From the NCBI GenBank assembly GCA_964396445.1, contig CAYNFI010000005.1, forward strand, positions 2,351 through 66,350: DNA of 64,000 bases, read 5' to 3'. The notes under the pieces were generated by a model that was not told the origin of the DNA, did not search any database, and saw only the letters and a program-made list of their open reading frames with translations. Every line of letters starts with the position of its first letter. Position 1 is the stretch's first letter. The translations under genes and the position numbers were made by a program. This DNA comes from an uncultured Candidatus Bathyarchaeia archaeon. GTDB taxonomy: Archaea > Thermoproteota > CALKCG01 > B24 > JAWCPE01. Of this stretch, positions 28,999 to 39,186 are shown piece after piece.

Positions 28999-29710
28999 CT
29001 TCCTCCCTCCCTAAAACCCTTACACCTGGCATGATGTAGCCTGGATGCCTCCTCGATCTTACGGTTTTCCATAAAGCCTCAGGGTTTTCTGAAACGGTTT
29101 TTAAAGCGTCGCTGAACCGTAAACCAGCCATAGTGAGTATGTAAGCCATATCAATAGGCGCCCTTAAATCATACATATCCACGGCTCCGCTTGAAAGGAT
29201 GACTGGAACCTTGAACCTTAAGGCGAAGCGGAGCTCCCTCGAAACATGGGATAGGTGATAAGCCCGTTCAGGTCCTTCCTTTGATGTCAAAGGTCTAAGG
29301 TTTACCTCGAATACCTTCCCGGCGTCAGCCATAAGCTTGAAATCGGCTTCACCAACACCTGTAAATCTGCTCCGCATGTTGATGAATACCACATCAACTC
29401 CGCTTCTTAAAGATGCGCGGAGGTCGTGCTTAGATTCACAAGCCGCGGCTAACAAGTCGTAATCATGGCGGGCTCTTATAACCTCGATTTGGAAATGTTT
29501 ACCCTCATAAGGCTTCAAATCTATCCGTCTGATGTATCCTAACCCACTTTTGCGAAGGTGGTCTGTGATCCCGGCTACCTCATCTTCCACCGTGGGAGCT
29601 TGAACCGTGAAGCCTATGGTTTGGAAGCCTAAATGCTTTAAGGTTGAGGTTACAGCCTCAACGTTCAACTTGGATAGAAGAATGTGTAGGTCTGCGTAGA
29701 ATCGCTTCAC
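28985..29710 (-). CDS. rnp3: RNase P protein component 3 (Rpp30)
   Basis: 241-aa TIM-barrel-like ORF (FYADLHI..., DVVFINM, FEVNLRPL, PVILSSGA) positioned directly upstream of Pop5. Confidence 0.8.
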   Translation of the reverse strand: MKRFYADLHILLSKLNVEAVTSTLKHLGFQTIGFTVQAPTVEDEVAGITDHLRKSGLGYIRRIDLKPYEGKHFQIEVIRARHDYDLLAAACESKHDLRASLRSGVDVVFINMRSRFTGVGEADFKLMADAGKVFEVNLRPLTSKEGPERAYHLSHVSRELRFALRFKVPVILSSGAVDMYDLRAPIDMAYILTMAGLRFSDALKTVSENPEALWKTVRSRRHPGYIMPGVRVLGREEGDKT

Positions 29711-30171
29711 TGGATAAGCCCCACTTCGCTGCAGAAAGCCTTTACTCTGTCAACCACTTCCCTCACATCGTAGGGTTTAAGGTTGAACCTCACATGTGCA
29801 CAAATGGCTTCCGAGGGTTCCAACCTTAGTCTTCCAAGATAGGCTTCCTGTTTATCAAACCTTAGGTAGAAAGACCCCCCTTCTCCGATGTGGCTTTGAA
29901 GGTTTCTTAAAAGTTCTTCCTTATCTTCTTGGCTTAGCCTCTCAGCGACTTCCCTTATGAACCCCTCCGTTAACTCAGGCTCCTTAATGTCAAGGGATGC
30001 AACTGTAATGGGGTTACCGAAACGACCCCTTAACCTACGATACACGGGAACGAGTTTTTTCCTATAAGCCAGGGGCATCACGTTCTTGAGGGCTTGCACA
30101 ACCTTATCAACATCCTCAGTCGCATGGATGTAGGTTTCAAGTTGAACACGTGCTACAATGCCCCGCTTCAT
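29707..30171 (-). CDS. COG1931/DUF54-type predicted RNA-binding protein ('exosome-associated')
   Basis: 154-aa ORF. VQLETYIHATEDVDKV..AL.N ... GNPI ... YLRFDKQEAY.G pattern. ATGA overlap with the Rpp30 gene. Confidence 0.7.
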   Translation of the reverse strand: MKRGIVARVQLETYIHATEDVDKVVQALKNVMPLAYRKKLVPVYRRLRGRFGNPITVASLDIKEPELTEGFIREVAERLSQEDKEELLRNLQSHIGEGGSFYLRFDKQEAYLGRLRLEPSEAICAHVRFNLKPYDVREVVDRVKAFCSEVGLIQ

Positions 30172-30317
30172 CTACAACATCCTTCTCCATAGTTTTCGAC
30201 AGCCAGCCTTAAATGTGTTGACGATGAGCCTCGTCAAGGGCTCCTCAAACATAGTCTCAATCAACCCTACGAAACGCTTTTCAGCTCAGGATAACTATAG
30301 TATATCTGGCTGGGAGC

Positions 30318-30548
30318 ATGGTCACAGCCACCGTTTTGATCTGTTGTGAGCCTGGGAAGCATCCAGTAGTTTTGGAGGGTGTGAAGAAGGTCGGGGGTTT
30401 GAAGAAGGCTTTCCCCGTTCTAGGTCGATGGGATATCGTGGCTCAGGTCGAGGCTAAGGACTTGAAGGCGCTTGCTCAGACCTCATTAAGACTAGCTCGG
30501 AAACCGGGAACCAGGGCTGTTGAAACCTTGGTAGAGTTTGAGGAGTAG
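30318..30548 (+). CDS. stand-alone Lrp/AsnC-type ligand-binding (RAM) domain protein
   Basis: 76 aa, beta-alpha-beta-beta-alpha-beta pattern: VTATVLICCEPGK...VLEGVKKVGGLKKAFPVLGRWDIVAQVEAKD...VETLVEFE. No HTH domain. Confidence 0.75.
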   Translation: MVTATVLICCEPGKHPVVLEGVKKVGGLKKAFPVLGRWDIVAQVEAKDLKALAQTSLRLARKPGTRAVETLVEFEE

Positions 30549-30560
30549 GAGGGGAACCAT

Positions 30561-30788
30561 GTGAACGCCTGTGTTCTAACGCGGATTAAAGGTGGTCGGG
30601 CTCGGCGGGTTTTGGAGAGCGTGAGGAAAATCGACGGTGTGAGGAGGGCAGTTTTCGTCTGGGGGCGTTACGACCTTGTTGCCTTCATCGAGGCCCCATT
30701 AGCGGCAAACATTGCCAGTGTTGCCGCTAGGATTAACGCGGTACCTGGGATAAAAAGTACTGAAACCCTGATTGAACTCGCACCCTAA
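30561..30788 (+). CDS. stand-alone Lrp/AsnC-type ligand-binding (RAM) domain protein, tandem paralogue
   Basis: 75 aa: NACVLTRIKGG...VRKIDGVRRAVFVWGRYDLVAFIEA...TETLIEL. Starts 12 nt after the previous stop. Confidence 0.75.
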   Translation: MNACVLTRIKGGRARRVLESVRKIDGVRRAVFVWGRYDLVAFIEAPLAANIASVAARINAVPGIKSTETLIELAP

Positions 30789-30848
30789 TCCCCTCTTTTT
30801 TCCGTTGGGAACCTTACCTTAAGACGATAAAGGAACTACGCAGCATAT

Positions 30849-31163
30849 ATGCCGATTAGAGTCAACCCCGTATTTAATTACTGGTTTAGTGAAAACATAG
30901 AGGACATTGGGTTGGGTGGCTTGTTGGTGAAGAGAAGGGTTTCACCCCTCGTTATGTCACCTTCGAAGAAGAGGTTTAAAGCTGGGAAGGGTTTCAGCCT
31001 TCACGAAATACATGATGCTGGGTTATCGGTTTCCAGAGCTAGGCGTATAGGGATACCTGTCGATAGTAGACGCAAGTCGAAGTGGGCTGAGAACGTGAAG
31101 ATACTCCAGGAACTGTACATCCGTATCTTGGAGAAGGAGGGACGAAGTCAAAGGCAACCCTAA
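30849..31163 (+). CDS. rpl13e: 50S ribosomal protein eL13 (L13e)
   Basis: KAGKGFSLHEIHDAGLSVSRARRIGIPVDSRRKS...ENV..L matches eL13. The true start is probably TTG/GTG at 30921-30927, because an A+T box (tatttaatta, 30871-30880) lies inside the long ORF. Confidence 0.8.
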   Translation: MPIRVNPVFNYWFSENIEDIGLGGLLVKRRVSPLVMSPSKKRFKAGKGFSLHEIHDAGLSVSRARRIGIPVDSRRKSKWAENVKILQELYIRILEKEGRSQRQP

Positions 31164-31216
31164 AACCTCAAAGCTTTAGGGTTGACCAAGTTACTTTCCC
31201 TAAACCCTCAGGAAGC

Positions 31217-32368
31217 TTATGGTTTCCAAGTGTATCCCCGCTGTTTCAAGACCCGTGTTAAGTAGTGGAGGTAGTTCTTGTATGTTACGTCTGGTGGGAT
31301 GTGGTGGTCTGGTGAGATGATGTAGCCTCCTCCGGGGAGAAGTGCCGCTAGCTTTCTTTCAAGTTCTCGGTCTATGGCTTCTGAGCCTTGTCTTAAAGCC
31401 CATAGACTGATGTTCCCCATGAGGACTACCCTATCCCCGTATTTTTCCCGGATTGCCGGCGCATCCACACCCGCTTGGGTTTCAAGGGGCACCAACCCGT
31501 TGACTCCGCCTTCAAGCCAGTAGGGTATTAAAGCCTCGATGTTTCCATCAGAGTCCACTATGGCAACGTCAACGCCGCGCTTCTTGAAGGCGTTGGTTAC
31601 ACGTTTGTAGTAGGGCACCATAAGTTCTTTGAAGACGCGCGGTGAAATCATTGGGCCAACCTTGTAAGCCAGGTCCTCCCATATACCTAGGTAGTCCACT
31701 TGAAGCTCTAGGGCTGGTTTCGCCAACTCCACAACGAAGTTTGACCAGTAGTCGAAAATGTGGCGGACAAGCCAAGGCTCCTTTAGGAAGGCTAGGAGGG
31801 CACCCTCTAAACCCATAAGCCAACGAAGGAGGGCGAAGAAGCCAACCATACCCCAACCCAGCGGAGCTGAACCCTCATCTAAGGCTTTCCTCGCCCGGGT
31901 ACCCCAACCGGGCTTAAACCTAGCTTGATCGAATGGGTCGAGCCTAGCCTTCATCGCATCAAAGTCCTCCCTATGCTTAACAGGGAACGCAGTAAATTGG
32001 GGAACTGACGTTCCATCACGGCGTACACGCTTAGTTATGCCCCACTCATCACAAACGGTAACCCAGGTGTCGCCTTCCCTTAAAACCAGTCGTGGAAACA
32101 TGGGACTGAACTCTGTGGGGTAGAAGTAGCTGTTGGAGTTCCACGGCGGCCTCATATCCATCTGAAAAAGAGGGCATAAAGCATCGTAGTCTACGCCCTC
32201 TGTTGGGAAAGGGGTTGCCGGGTCGTAGCCTACTCCGCGATAATCCCTTTCAACGCTGCCTGAAACGTACCAGCTACCTACGGTTTCAGGCCAGAACTGT
32301 TCAGCGTGAGGCGCCCTATCAGCCTCCTCAAAGTGTATAACCCGTATAAATCTCTCCCTAGAGTTCAA
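31217..32368 (-). CDS. URO-D/MtaA-family protein, long-form paralogue
   Basis: 383-aa ORF: RERFIRVIHFEEADRAPH N-terminus, GIWEDLAYKVGPMISPRVFKELMVPYYKR, IVDSDGNIEALIPYWLEGGVNGL and GGGYIISPDHHIPPDV. Confidence 0.7.
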   Translation of the reverse strand: MNSRERFIRVIHFEEADRAPHAEQFWPETVGSWYVSGSVERDYRGVGYDPATPFPTEGVDYDALCPLFQMDMRPPWNSNSYFYPTEFSPMFPRLVLREGDTWVTVCDEWGITKRVRRDGTSVPQFTAFPVKHREDFDAMKARLDPFDQARFKPGWGTRARKALDEGSAPLGWGMVGFFALLRWLMGLEGALLAFLKEPWLVRHIFDYWSNFVVELAKPALELQVDYLGIWEDLAYKVGPMISPRVFKELMVPYYKRVTNAFKKRGVDVAIVDSDGNIEALIPYWLEGGVNGLVPLETQAGVDAPAIREKYGDRVVLMGNISLWALRQGSEAIDRELERKLAALLPGGGYIISPDHHIPPDVTYKNYLHYLTRVLKQRGYTWKP

Positions 32369-32745
32369 CAGCCATCAACTCCAACCTCTTCTATCGAGCC
32401 CACACACTTAAAGAACGGCTTAAACACCGTCTTCTCAACTTTAGAAACCTCCGCATACACTGTTCATCCTCGAGACTGGAAACGGACCTAAACCTAGTAG
32501 CCATCCCTGAATTGACAGTTTCTATAATTTTTCCTAGGAGTGGCTCATGATATGTGCGGGAGGGTCTCTACTATAGTTCATGTTGTCAATCGTCGTTAGG
32601 TGAATAACCGTACCGTGGAAGCCTTTGTCCCCCTTCACGTTCTTCAGGCTCCTTGAAAGAGAGAAGGCTTATTATCCGCATACACGAGGGGTAATGGGTA
32701 ATGATATGGAAATCAAAGGCCTTAAGATCCGCGTTTTGAAACTGG

Positions 32746-34722
32746 ATGATTCATGGAGCAGCGTGCGTATGGGAACGGGTTTTTTACATGTTCCTCGTTA
32801 AGGATGGCTTGGCTAACGCTACAATCGTGCTCCCCTTCGAAGCCCGTGAATCAGAAAGACTTGCCGCTGAGCAGCTGCAAAGATATGTTGAACGCGTTTC
32901 AGGAGCGAGGTTACCGATAAAAACGAACAGGGACGTGTTACAAGGGAACCTCATCCATGTAGGCTATAATGAATACATAAGAAACCTAGGTATAAACTGC
33001 GATAACCTCGCAGCGGAAGGCTTCCTTATAAAGACTTTTGGGAATCACTTAATCCTCCTTGGAAAAGATGACGATGGGACACAGTTTGCCGTCTACCACT
33101 TCCTCGAGAAACACTGTGGCATCCGCTGGTTCTTCCCCGGGGAGCTCTGGGAGATCGTTCCAAAGACCGGCTCCATTGAGGTGCCCGAGCTGGGTGAACG
33201 TGTGGAACCCCACTTCCTCTTAAGAGACATAGGAACTGGGCCCTCTCCTTATGGGTCTTGGCCTAAGGATCCAGCTATGCAGTTATGGGCGAAGGCGAAT
33301 AAGTTGGGTGGCAGCGTGAAGTTCGGTTCTGGATGGGGCTTAGACTGGAAGAAGGAGTTCGGGGAAACGCATCCCGAGTACTTTGCCCTAAGAGTCGGCA
33401 AACGGGATTTAACCGCTCCCCATCCGCAACTCTGCACCAGCAACCCAGATGTTCTCAGAGTAATTGTTGAGCGTATGCGCAGGTACCTTGACGAGAACAG
33501 GGATTTATCCGGCGTATACTGGAGCCCCGAGGATGCCCCAGGGTTCTGCGAATGTCCAAACTGTCAAGCCTTGGATACGGGTGAAACCTATACGCCGAAT
33601 CGTCCCCCATTCCCAGTTCTCGACCCTTTAAGCGGCACATCCATGACAAATAGGGTTTTCACCTTCGCAAACCAGCTGGCTGAAGCCTTAGAGAAAACTC
33701 ATGCTGGTAAGCGCGTTGTTACGTTAGCCTACTGGTACTATGTTGAGCCTCCGAGGAAACTGAAGCTGCACAGGAACGTTGTGGTCTGGTACACCATGAC
33801 GTGTATAGGGCATTGGAACGGTGAGAGGCAAAAGCTGGACTTTGAAAGGTTGAGGCGGTGGGTGAAAGCCGCTGATAACGACCCAGGCAACGTCATGATA
33901 TACGAATATTATATAAACGCGGCTTGGCCGGATATGTTCCGCCTCATCCCACCTCTCATAGATATATCCATCAAGCGTTTGCACAGGGAAGGTGTGAAGC
34001 TCTACTTCACGCAGTGGGTGGACGGCTGGGCAGTAGGCGGGTTAAACTACTACGTAGCAAGTAAACTGCTTTGGGATTCAAGCCTCAACTTGGAGGATGT
34101 CCTACAGGACTTTTACGTGAAAGCCTTTGGGAAGGCTGCTAAAGCCGTTGAGAAGTACTTCAGCCTTTTAATAGATGTTTGGAAAGAGGTAACCTTGAAG
34201 GGAAACCTCATCCACTCTGAGCGATTACTTGGTCCAAGCCATCTCTACGAACAGCTCCTCACAGTTTTCAAACCAGGCGTCTTAGAGGATTGCAGACGTT
34301 ACTTGGAGGAGGCCTATGCTTTAGCCGACGATGACCTGGTTAGGGAGAGACTTAACTTCATTAGATGGGGCTTGGAGTACAATAAAGCCACAATGAGGGC
34401 TGTGAAAGCCTTAAAAAAGCTTGAGGACCTTGGGCTACCGGAGTTCTACGGCGAGTCCTTCTCGTTTATGCCTTACCCAAGTCCCTGGTTGGAAACAGCT
34501 AAGGCAGTTGTGCATAGAAAGGAGATGCTTGTAGCCCATTCGGTTAGGGTGAAGGGCTACCTGCAGGAGGCGCTGGAGGCTGTAGAAGCTCGTTGGAGAC
34601 TCGTCGAGTCCTTAAAAGGCAAGGGTATCCTAGCCACATACTGGCTCACCGCGGGGAGGATACACCCTCCGCCACCGGAACTGTTGAAGGAGCTTTTAGA
34701 AAGCGTGAGGGATGTACCTTAG
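32746..34722 (+). CDS. DUF4838-like putative glycoside hydrolase (GH67/GH20-like N-terminal domain)
   Basis: 658-aa ORF. ATIVLP...ERLAAEQLQRYVERVSGARLPI then GTQFAVYHFLEKHCGIRWFFPGE are typical of DUF4838 proteins (recognised from memory). The likely start is ATG 32788 (MFLVKDG). Confidence 0.6.
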   Translation: MIHGAACVWERVFYMFLVKDGLANATIVLPFEARESERLAAEQLQRYVERVSGARLPIKTNRDVLQGNLIHVGYNEYIRNLGINCDNLAAEGFLIKTFGNHLILLGKDDDGTQFAVYHFLEKHCGIRWFFPGELWEIVPKTGSIEVPELGERVEPHFLLRDIGTGPSPYGSWPKDPAMQLWAKANKLGGSVKFGSGWGLDWKKEFGETHPEYFALRVGKRDLTAPHPQLCTSNPDVLRVIVERMRRYLDENRDLSGVYWSPEDAPGFCECPNCQALDTGETYTPNRPPFPVLDPLSGTSMTNRVFTFANQLAEALEKTHAGKRVVTLAYWYYVEPPRKLKLHRNVVVWYTMTCIGHWNGERQKLDFERLRRWVKAADNDPGNVMIYEYYINAAWPDMFRLIPPLIDISIKRLHREGVKLYFTQWVDGWAVGGLNYYVASKLLWDSSLNLEDVLQDFYVKAFGKAAKAVEKYFSLLIDVWKEVTLKGNLIHSERLLGPSHLYEQLLTVFKPGVLEDCRRYLEEAYALADDDLVRERLNFIRWGLEYNKATMRAVKALKKLEDLGLPEFYGESFSFMPYPSPWLETAKAVVHRKEMLVAHSVRVKGYLQEALEAVEARWRLVESLKGKGILATYWLTAGRIHPPPPELLKELLESVRDVP

Positions 34723-35161
34723 AGGCTCCATGTCGAGCCTTCTATACCCCAGTTTCAACCTATCTAATGAATCGTTCTATGGTAACTGTCTGCATCGGTT
34801 TAATCTTTTTTTCTATGAAGGCTGAGTTGCCGAGTTTTCCCGAACGTAAAGTTTGGCAGGCTTAATTGCACGCTTCCCACCGCTGTTTCAGCGTTTAACG
34901 AGCTTCGACTTGCAGTAAAAGGCGCTTCTACCTGGGAGGGACTCCCTCATAGGGGTCTCCATTGACTGATATTCAGCAAACTTCACCCTTAAATCCTCAT
35001 TTATCTCACTAACCTTTCTTGGTGAAATCTACCTCATAGTCTCAGCGGGATTCAACCAGCAATGTTCCCCAATTCATGTTCTAAAATGTACTCATGATCA
35101 ACCATAGGATTTACTGTAGCTAGAAGTTGGGTAATCCATGAACAAGGTTAATTCGCTTCAA

Positions 35162-35467
35162 CTATTTTACAACGGTTAGTTTGCCGAATTTCCCAACATT
35201 CAGTTGCGTCTCCCCTCTGAACGAGGTGACGTAGCCGTTTTCAACGCGGACAGTATCGCCCTCCGAGACCATGTCGATGTTCTCATTCCAAAGGGTTAGC
35301 TTGACAGTACCAGAGCCATCGCTGAGGTCGGCTGTCGCCACACGGCCAGGTTCACCGGTTCTCAGCACCACATTCCTCACTTCGGAAATCTTCGTCAACC
35401 TGCCTTCAACGTTGACGCTTCGCATCCCAACGCGGATTTCAGAGATCCTCACCCGATTCGCCTCCAC
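35162..35467 (-). CDS. OB-fold nucleic-acid-binding protein (SSB/RPA-like)
   Basis: 101-aa single OB pattern: RISEIRVGMRSVNVEGRL..ISEVR.V....G...VATADLSDGSGTVKLTLWNENID.V.EGD.V.V.NGYV..FRGE.QLNVGK.G.L. Confidence 0.65.
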   Translation of the reverse strand: MEANRVRISEIRVGMRSVNVEGRLTKISEVRNVVLRTGEPGRVATADLSDGSGTVKLTLWNENIDMVSEGDTVRVENGYVTSFRGETQLNVGKFGKLTVVK

Positions 35468-35696
35468 AACCTAGGAAACGTATGATAAAGGTATGTCGAT
35501 GAATATATTAATATTATGGGTTCCATCAAAGGTTTTCAAACATTCACCTGCAACGCATAGTATCTGAATATTATCTTACCCATCCTAGCAGAGAAACCAA
35601 TGAAGAACTTGTGGTGCCCCCTTTTTAAAGTTCCGAGTCCTACCCGTTTCAACTTCTTTATAAAAAGTAACTCTTAAATAACTAATTTCCAGCAGA

Positions 35697-36068
35697 TTAC
35701 TGGGTTTTTTTAAGCTGCATCTTTACTTCAACTGCTACATCAAATCCTTTATACCATTTCATTATCTCTCCAGCTCCGTATTTGGTTTTGAATTTATCCA
35801 CAACTTCCTCCACAGGCTTCGGCTCCGTTAAAAGTTTAACCGAAGCTTGGATGGACTTTCCCATTATGGATAGGCGTATACCTGGGTCTCTTTGAACGTT
35901 CTTGTACCAGTTTGTGGCAGAACCTTGCACTGGTAGAAGGTATATCCTGCTGCCTTCATGTACGAACCACACGGGTGTAGTGTAGGATCTCCCGGTTTTT
36001 CTTCCCTTAAACGTGATTTCCAGTTCATTACTCTTGGGCAAAGCCTCTGTGAATCTAGAGGTTTCCAA
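35697..36068 (-). CDS. DUF385 / deazaflavin (F420)-dependent nitroreductase-family split-barrel protein
   Basis: ITFKGRKTGRSYTTPVWFVHEGSRIYLLP..GSATNWYKNVQRDP. Confidence 0.65.
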   Translation of the reverse strand: METSRFTEALPKSNELEITFKGRKTGRSYTTPVWFVHEGSRIYLLPVQGSATNWYKNVQRDPGIRLSIMGKSIQASVKLLTEPKPVEEVVDKFKTKYGAGEIMKWYKGFDVAVEVKMQLKKTQ

Positions 36069-36309
36069 TTGCTACCACATTACGGGAATTGGCGAGTTCA
36101 CTTAATAACCTTTTTGACAGTCTTATATGAATAAGGTCCTAGAAAAGACATGATATCAAAGCTTCTACGGATTACCCATACTAGTATTTATGATACATAT
36201 GGAACCAAGCCTTTGCCTGTGTAAAGGGGGTAAACCGTGAAAGAGAACCCCTGAAATTCTGAGTTTCTTTTTTAAGGTGACAAAGTGAAGGGTTGAAGGT
36301 ATTTCTGGG

Positions 36310-39186
36310 TTAGTCACCCCAGTATTCTCGTGTGGTTAAATACCTCAGCTTCGCCTGTATAAGGTCTTTATAGAAATCTTCTTCCTCCTCATGCATCTTG
36401 GCGAGGATTTGGGAAGCTGTTTGGGGACCTATGCCTCTAACCATTAGAGCCTCAGCCGCCTTCTTCCCATACGAGAGAACGAGGTCCGCGGATCTTCGAG
36501 CCCTCGCAACCTGCTTAAGCTCCTCCTCCGTAAGCGCTGTCTTCAAACGTTTTTTTAGGAGGTATTCACGGATGTTGAAACCGAGCTTGTTAAGGATGGC
36601 TAGGAGACCTGAGCCACAGTTTCCACACGTGGGTTTTTCAGGTAGCTCACGTATAGGTACATATGCCTCCCAGCTCCAGCAGCTCATACAGTACAGCGCA
36701 GCGACCTCGGAGGTTATAGCTGCCTTCATGTGACTTACACTATCTTGGAGAACAGATTCCGGAGCTATTAGCTCAGGTACTTCAACGAACTTATTAAGGA
36801 TATGATAGGCTAGGGGTGATGGGCGTATCCGGTTTAAGACCTTGAAAACTTTTATCCGCCCCCGGTCAATGCGGCTGAAGACTTCCTCGGCGTGTACAAG
36901 GTCAACTTTCTCCTGCAGTCCCTCCCTCAGGGTTTCATCGTAGACCGGTGTTTCAAGGAGACTTGGGAGCTGAATGTTGAAGCGTCCTCTCGGTATGACG
37001 CCGAAACGCTCAGCTACGAATTTCATGTAGTAAGAGAAGGGGAAGCTCTGCCTTACCTGGTTTTGAAAGGCGTTTAAAGCCTCTACAGCTGGTATGCCGA
37101 GGGTTTTCACCGTCACCTTACCCAAGTCTTCTTCCGATAAGTCGAAAGGGATGTCGAGGAGTATTCTGTAACCGTCAGCCCACCATCCCCGGATCAAGCC
37201 GTCCTTTGAGAGGATGTGGTTGAAAATGTAACCTAACGCCCTGTTCACGAGTTCCCCGAAGCAGGCGTGGACGATGATGTAGTTTCTGAAGGCTTCCACA
37301 ACGACTACATTGTGAGAGGGGATGGGCGTCCCATATCCGCTCTGCTCCTTAACTTCCTCCACAACCTTCTTCACCGCATACCTTTCAGCAGGCCACTCCT
37401 CTGCGTATTTCTTCACAACCGTATCCAAGTCCGTGGAGCTTAGTGACTCAGCTAATTCGGCGCGGGTCTTCCCCACCTCCTGAGCCAACTCGAAGGGTAC
37501 AGGAAGGATTTCCCCATCCCAACCCGGTACGGCCGCCGTGGGGTCTTCAATGGGTGTAACGAAAACCTTTCCCTCCTCAGATAAGCCCATTATTTTCCAA
37601 ACCCTACCCTTGCAGATGAAGTTCAAGCCTATCCGCGCCCTTGTCTGGATAAATTCGTCACCTAGGGTTCCAACAGTCCAGTTTGTGGTGAGGTCTATGA
37701 TAGAATACCGCTTCTCATCGCGTATCATGGAGATGTTTTCGTAGTAGTAGTTGCGTGTTCGCCCTGTATTCCTTAAAAAGCCGCGTTCAACCCTCAACAT
37801 CCTTAGGCTTTCAAGGTATTTCACAACCCTCTCAAACATCGCTTTACTCAATTTGTGGTAGGGGTATGCCCGGCAGATTATAGCAAGGGCTTCGTCGAAG
37901 GCAATCCACCCTTTGTCCATGATGAGGCCTGCAATCTGATGGGCTAGCACATCGAGGGCTTCAAAGTGTATCTTTAAGGGTTCAAGCCTGCCCTTTACTG
38001 CCCTGTGTATCACGGAAAGGGATTCGAGGATGTCATCTGTGGAGGGTGAGATGATGATGCCCTCGGATACTCGGCTTAGCTCATGCCCCGCCCTACCCAC
38101 GCGCTGGATTAGTGCTGAAACCTGCCGCGGGGACATATACTGCGTCACTAGGTCAACGGTGCCGATGTCGATTCCAAGCTCCAAGGTTGAGGTGCAGATG
38201 ATACCTTTAAGGTTTCCCTGTTTAAATTCCTCCTCAACCCTGCTGCGTTCCTCCCTCGATAGGGAGCCGTGATGCACCGCGACGTTAGGTTCGAGGAGCA
38301 TAAGCCTTGAGCCAAGCATCTCCGCGTGCTGCCGGCTGTTAACGAAGATCAGGGTTGATGTATGTGTGTCTACGAGTTCCTTAATCCGTGTGATCCGTGC
38401 CACAGCCTCAGCTGTGGTGTAAAGCCCCTGAGCCAACGTACAGTCTTCCTCACTCGGGTATGGAAACTCCAGATGGTACTTGAAGGCTTTCAATGCTTCA
38501 ACCTTGATGATTTTAACCTCCCGGCTTGTCCCCCCTAGAAACTTAGCTGCTTCCTCTGGGCTTCCGATGGTAGCAGATAAGCCTATCCTCTGAAAATCCC
38601 TCTCAGTGATTTCACGTAGCCTCTCCAAGGCTATTGTTAGCTGCACGCCACGCTTGTCCTGGGCAAGCTCATGAACCTCATCGACGATAACCCATGCTAT
38701 GGACCTTAGGTGCCTCCGCATCCGCTCCCCTGGAAGAATGGCTTGTAGGGTTTCAGGTGTGGTAACGAGGAGGTCTGGGGGCTTTAAGGCTTGGCGTCTC
38801 CTCTCCTTTACCGGCGTATCCCCGTGCCTAACCTCAATCGATAACCCAAGTCTGGAACTCCAGAATGAAAGCCTTCTCAGAAGGTCCCGGTTAAGCGCCC
38901 TTAAAGGCGTGATGTAGAGCATGCTTATACCGCTGCCCGTACCCTTAGCCCTTCCACTCCTCAGGAATAGGTCGAAAACAGGTAGGACGGCGGCTTCAGT
39001 CTTTCCACTCCCCGTTGGGGCGATGAGGAGGACGTTCTCCCCTCTCATAATTGATGGGAAAGCCTCTTTCTGAGGGGCTGTCGGGGTTTTAAAGCCACGC
39101 TCATCTAAAGCTTCACGGATCACCCCACCGAGCAAGTGGTAAACCGAGGAAACACCGTCATCTCCACGCATCTTTTCACTCAACAT
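36310..39186 (-). CDS. Lhr-type ATP-dependent DEAD/DEAH-box helicase
   Basis: Motif I APTGSGKTEAA, motif II VIVDEVHE, SAT, and motif VI QRVGRAGH. A long C-terminal extension contains a Cys4 element (CMSCWSW...CGNCGS). Confidence 0.85.
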   Translation of the reverse strand: MLSEKMRGDDGVSSVYHLLGGVIREALDERGFKTPTAPQKEAFPSIMRGENVLLIAPTGSGKTEAAVLPVFDLFLRSGRAKGTGSGISMLYITPLRALNRDLLRRLSFWSSRLGLSIEVRHGDTPVKERRRQALKPPDLLVTTPETLQAILPGERMRRHLRSIAWVIVDEVHELAQDKRGVQLTIALERLREITERDFQRIGLSATIGSPEEAAKFLGGTSREVKIIKVEALKAFKYHLEFPYPSEEDCTLAQGLYTTAEAVARITRIKELVDTHTSTLIFVNSRQHAEMLGSRLMLLEPNVAVHHGSLSREERSRVEEEFKQGNLKGIICTSTLELGIDIGTVDLVTQYMSPRQVSALIQRVGRAGHELSRVSEGIIISPSTDDILESLSVIHRAVKGRLEPLKIHFEALDVLAHQIAGLIMDKGWIAFDEALAIICRAYPYHKLSKAMFERVVKYLESLRMLRVERGFLRNTGRTRNYYYENISMIRDEKRYSIIDLTTNWTVGTLGDEFIQTRARIGLNFICKGRVWKIMGLSEEGKVFVTPIEDPTAAVPGWDGEILPVPFELAQEVGKTRAELAESLSSTDLDTVVKKYAEEWPAERYAVKKVVEEVKEQSGYGTPIPSHNVVVVEAFRNYIIVHACFGELVNRALGYIFNHILSKDGLIRGWWADGYRILLDIPFDLSEEDLGKVTVKTLGIPAVEALNAFQNQVRQSFPFSYYMKFVAERFGVIPRGRFNIQLPSLLETPVYDETLREGLQEKVDLVHAEEVFSRIDRGRIKVFKVLNRIRPSPLAYHILNKFVEVPELIAPESVLQDSVSHMKAAITSEVAALYCMSCWSWEAYVPIRELPEKPTCGNCGSGLLAILNKLGFNIREYLLKKRLKTALTEEELKQVARARRSADLVLSYGKKAAEALMVRGIGPQTASQILAKMHEEEEDFYKDLIQAKLRYLTTREYWGD

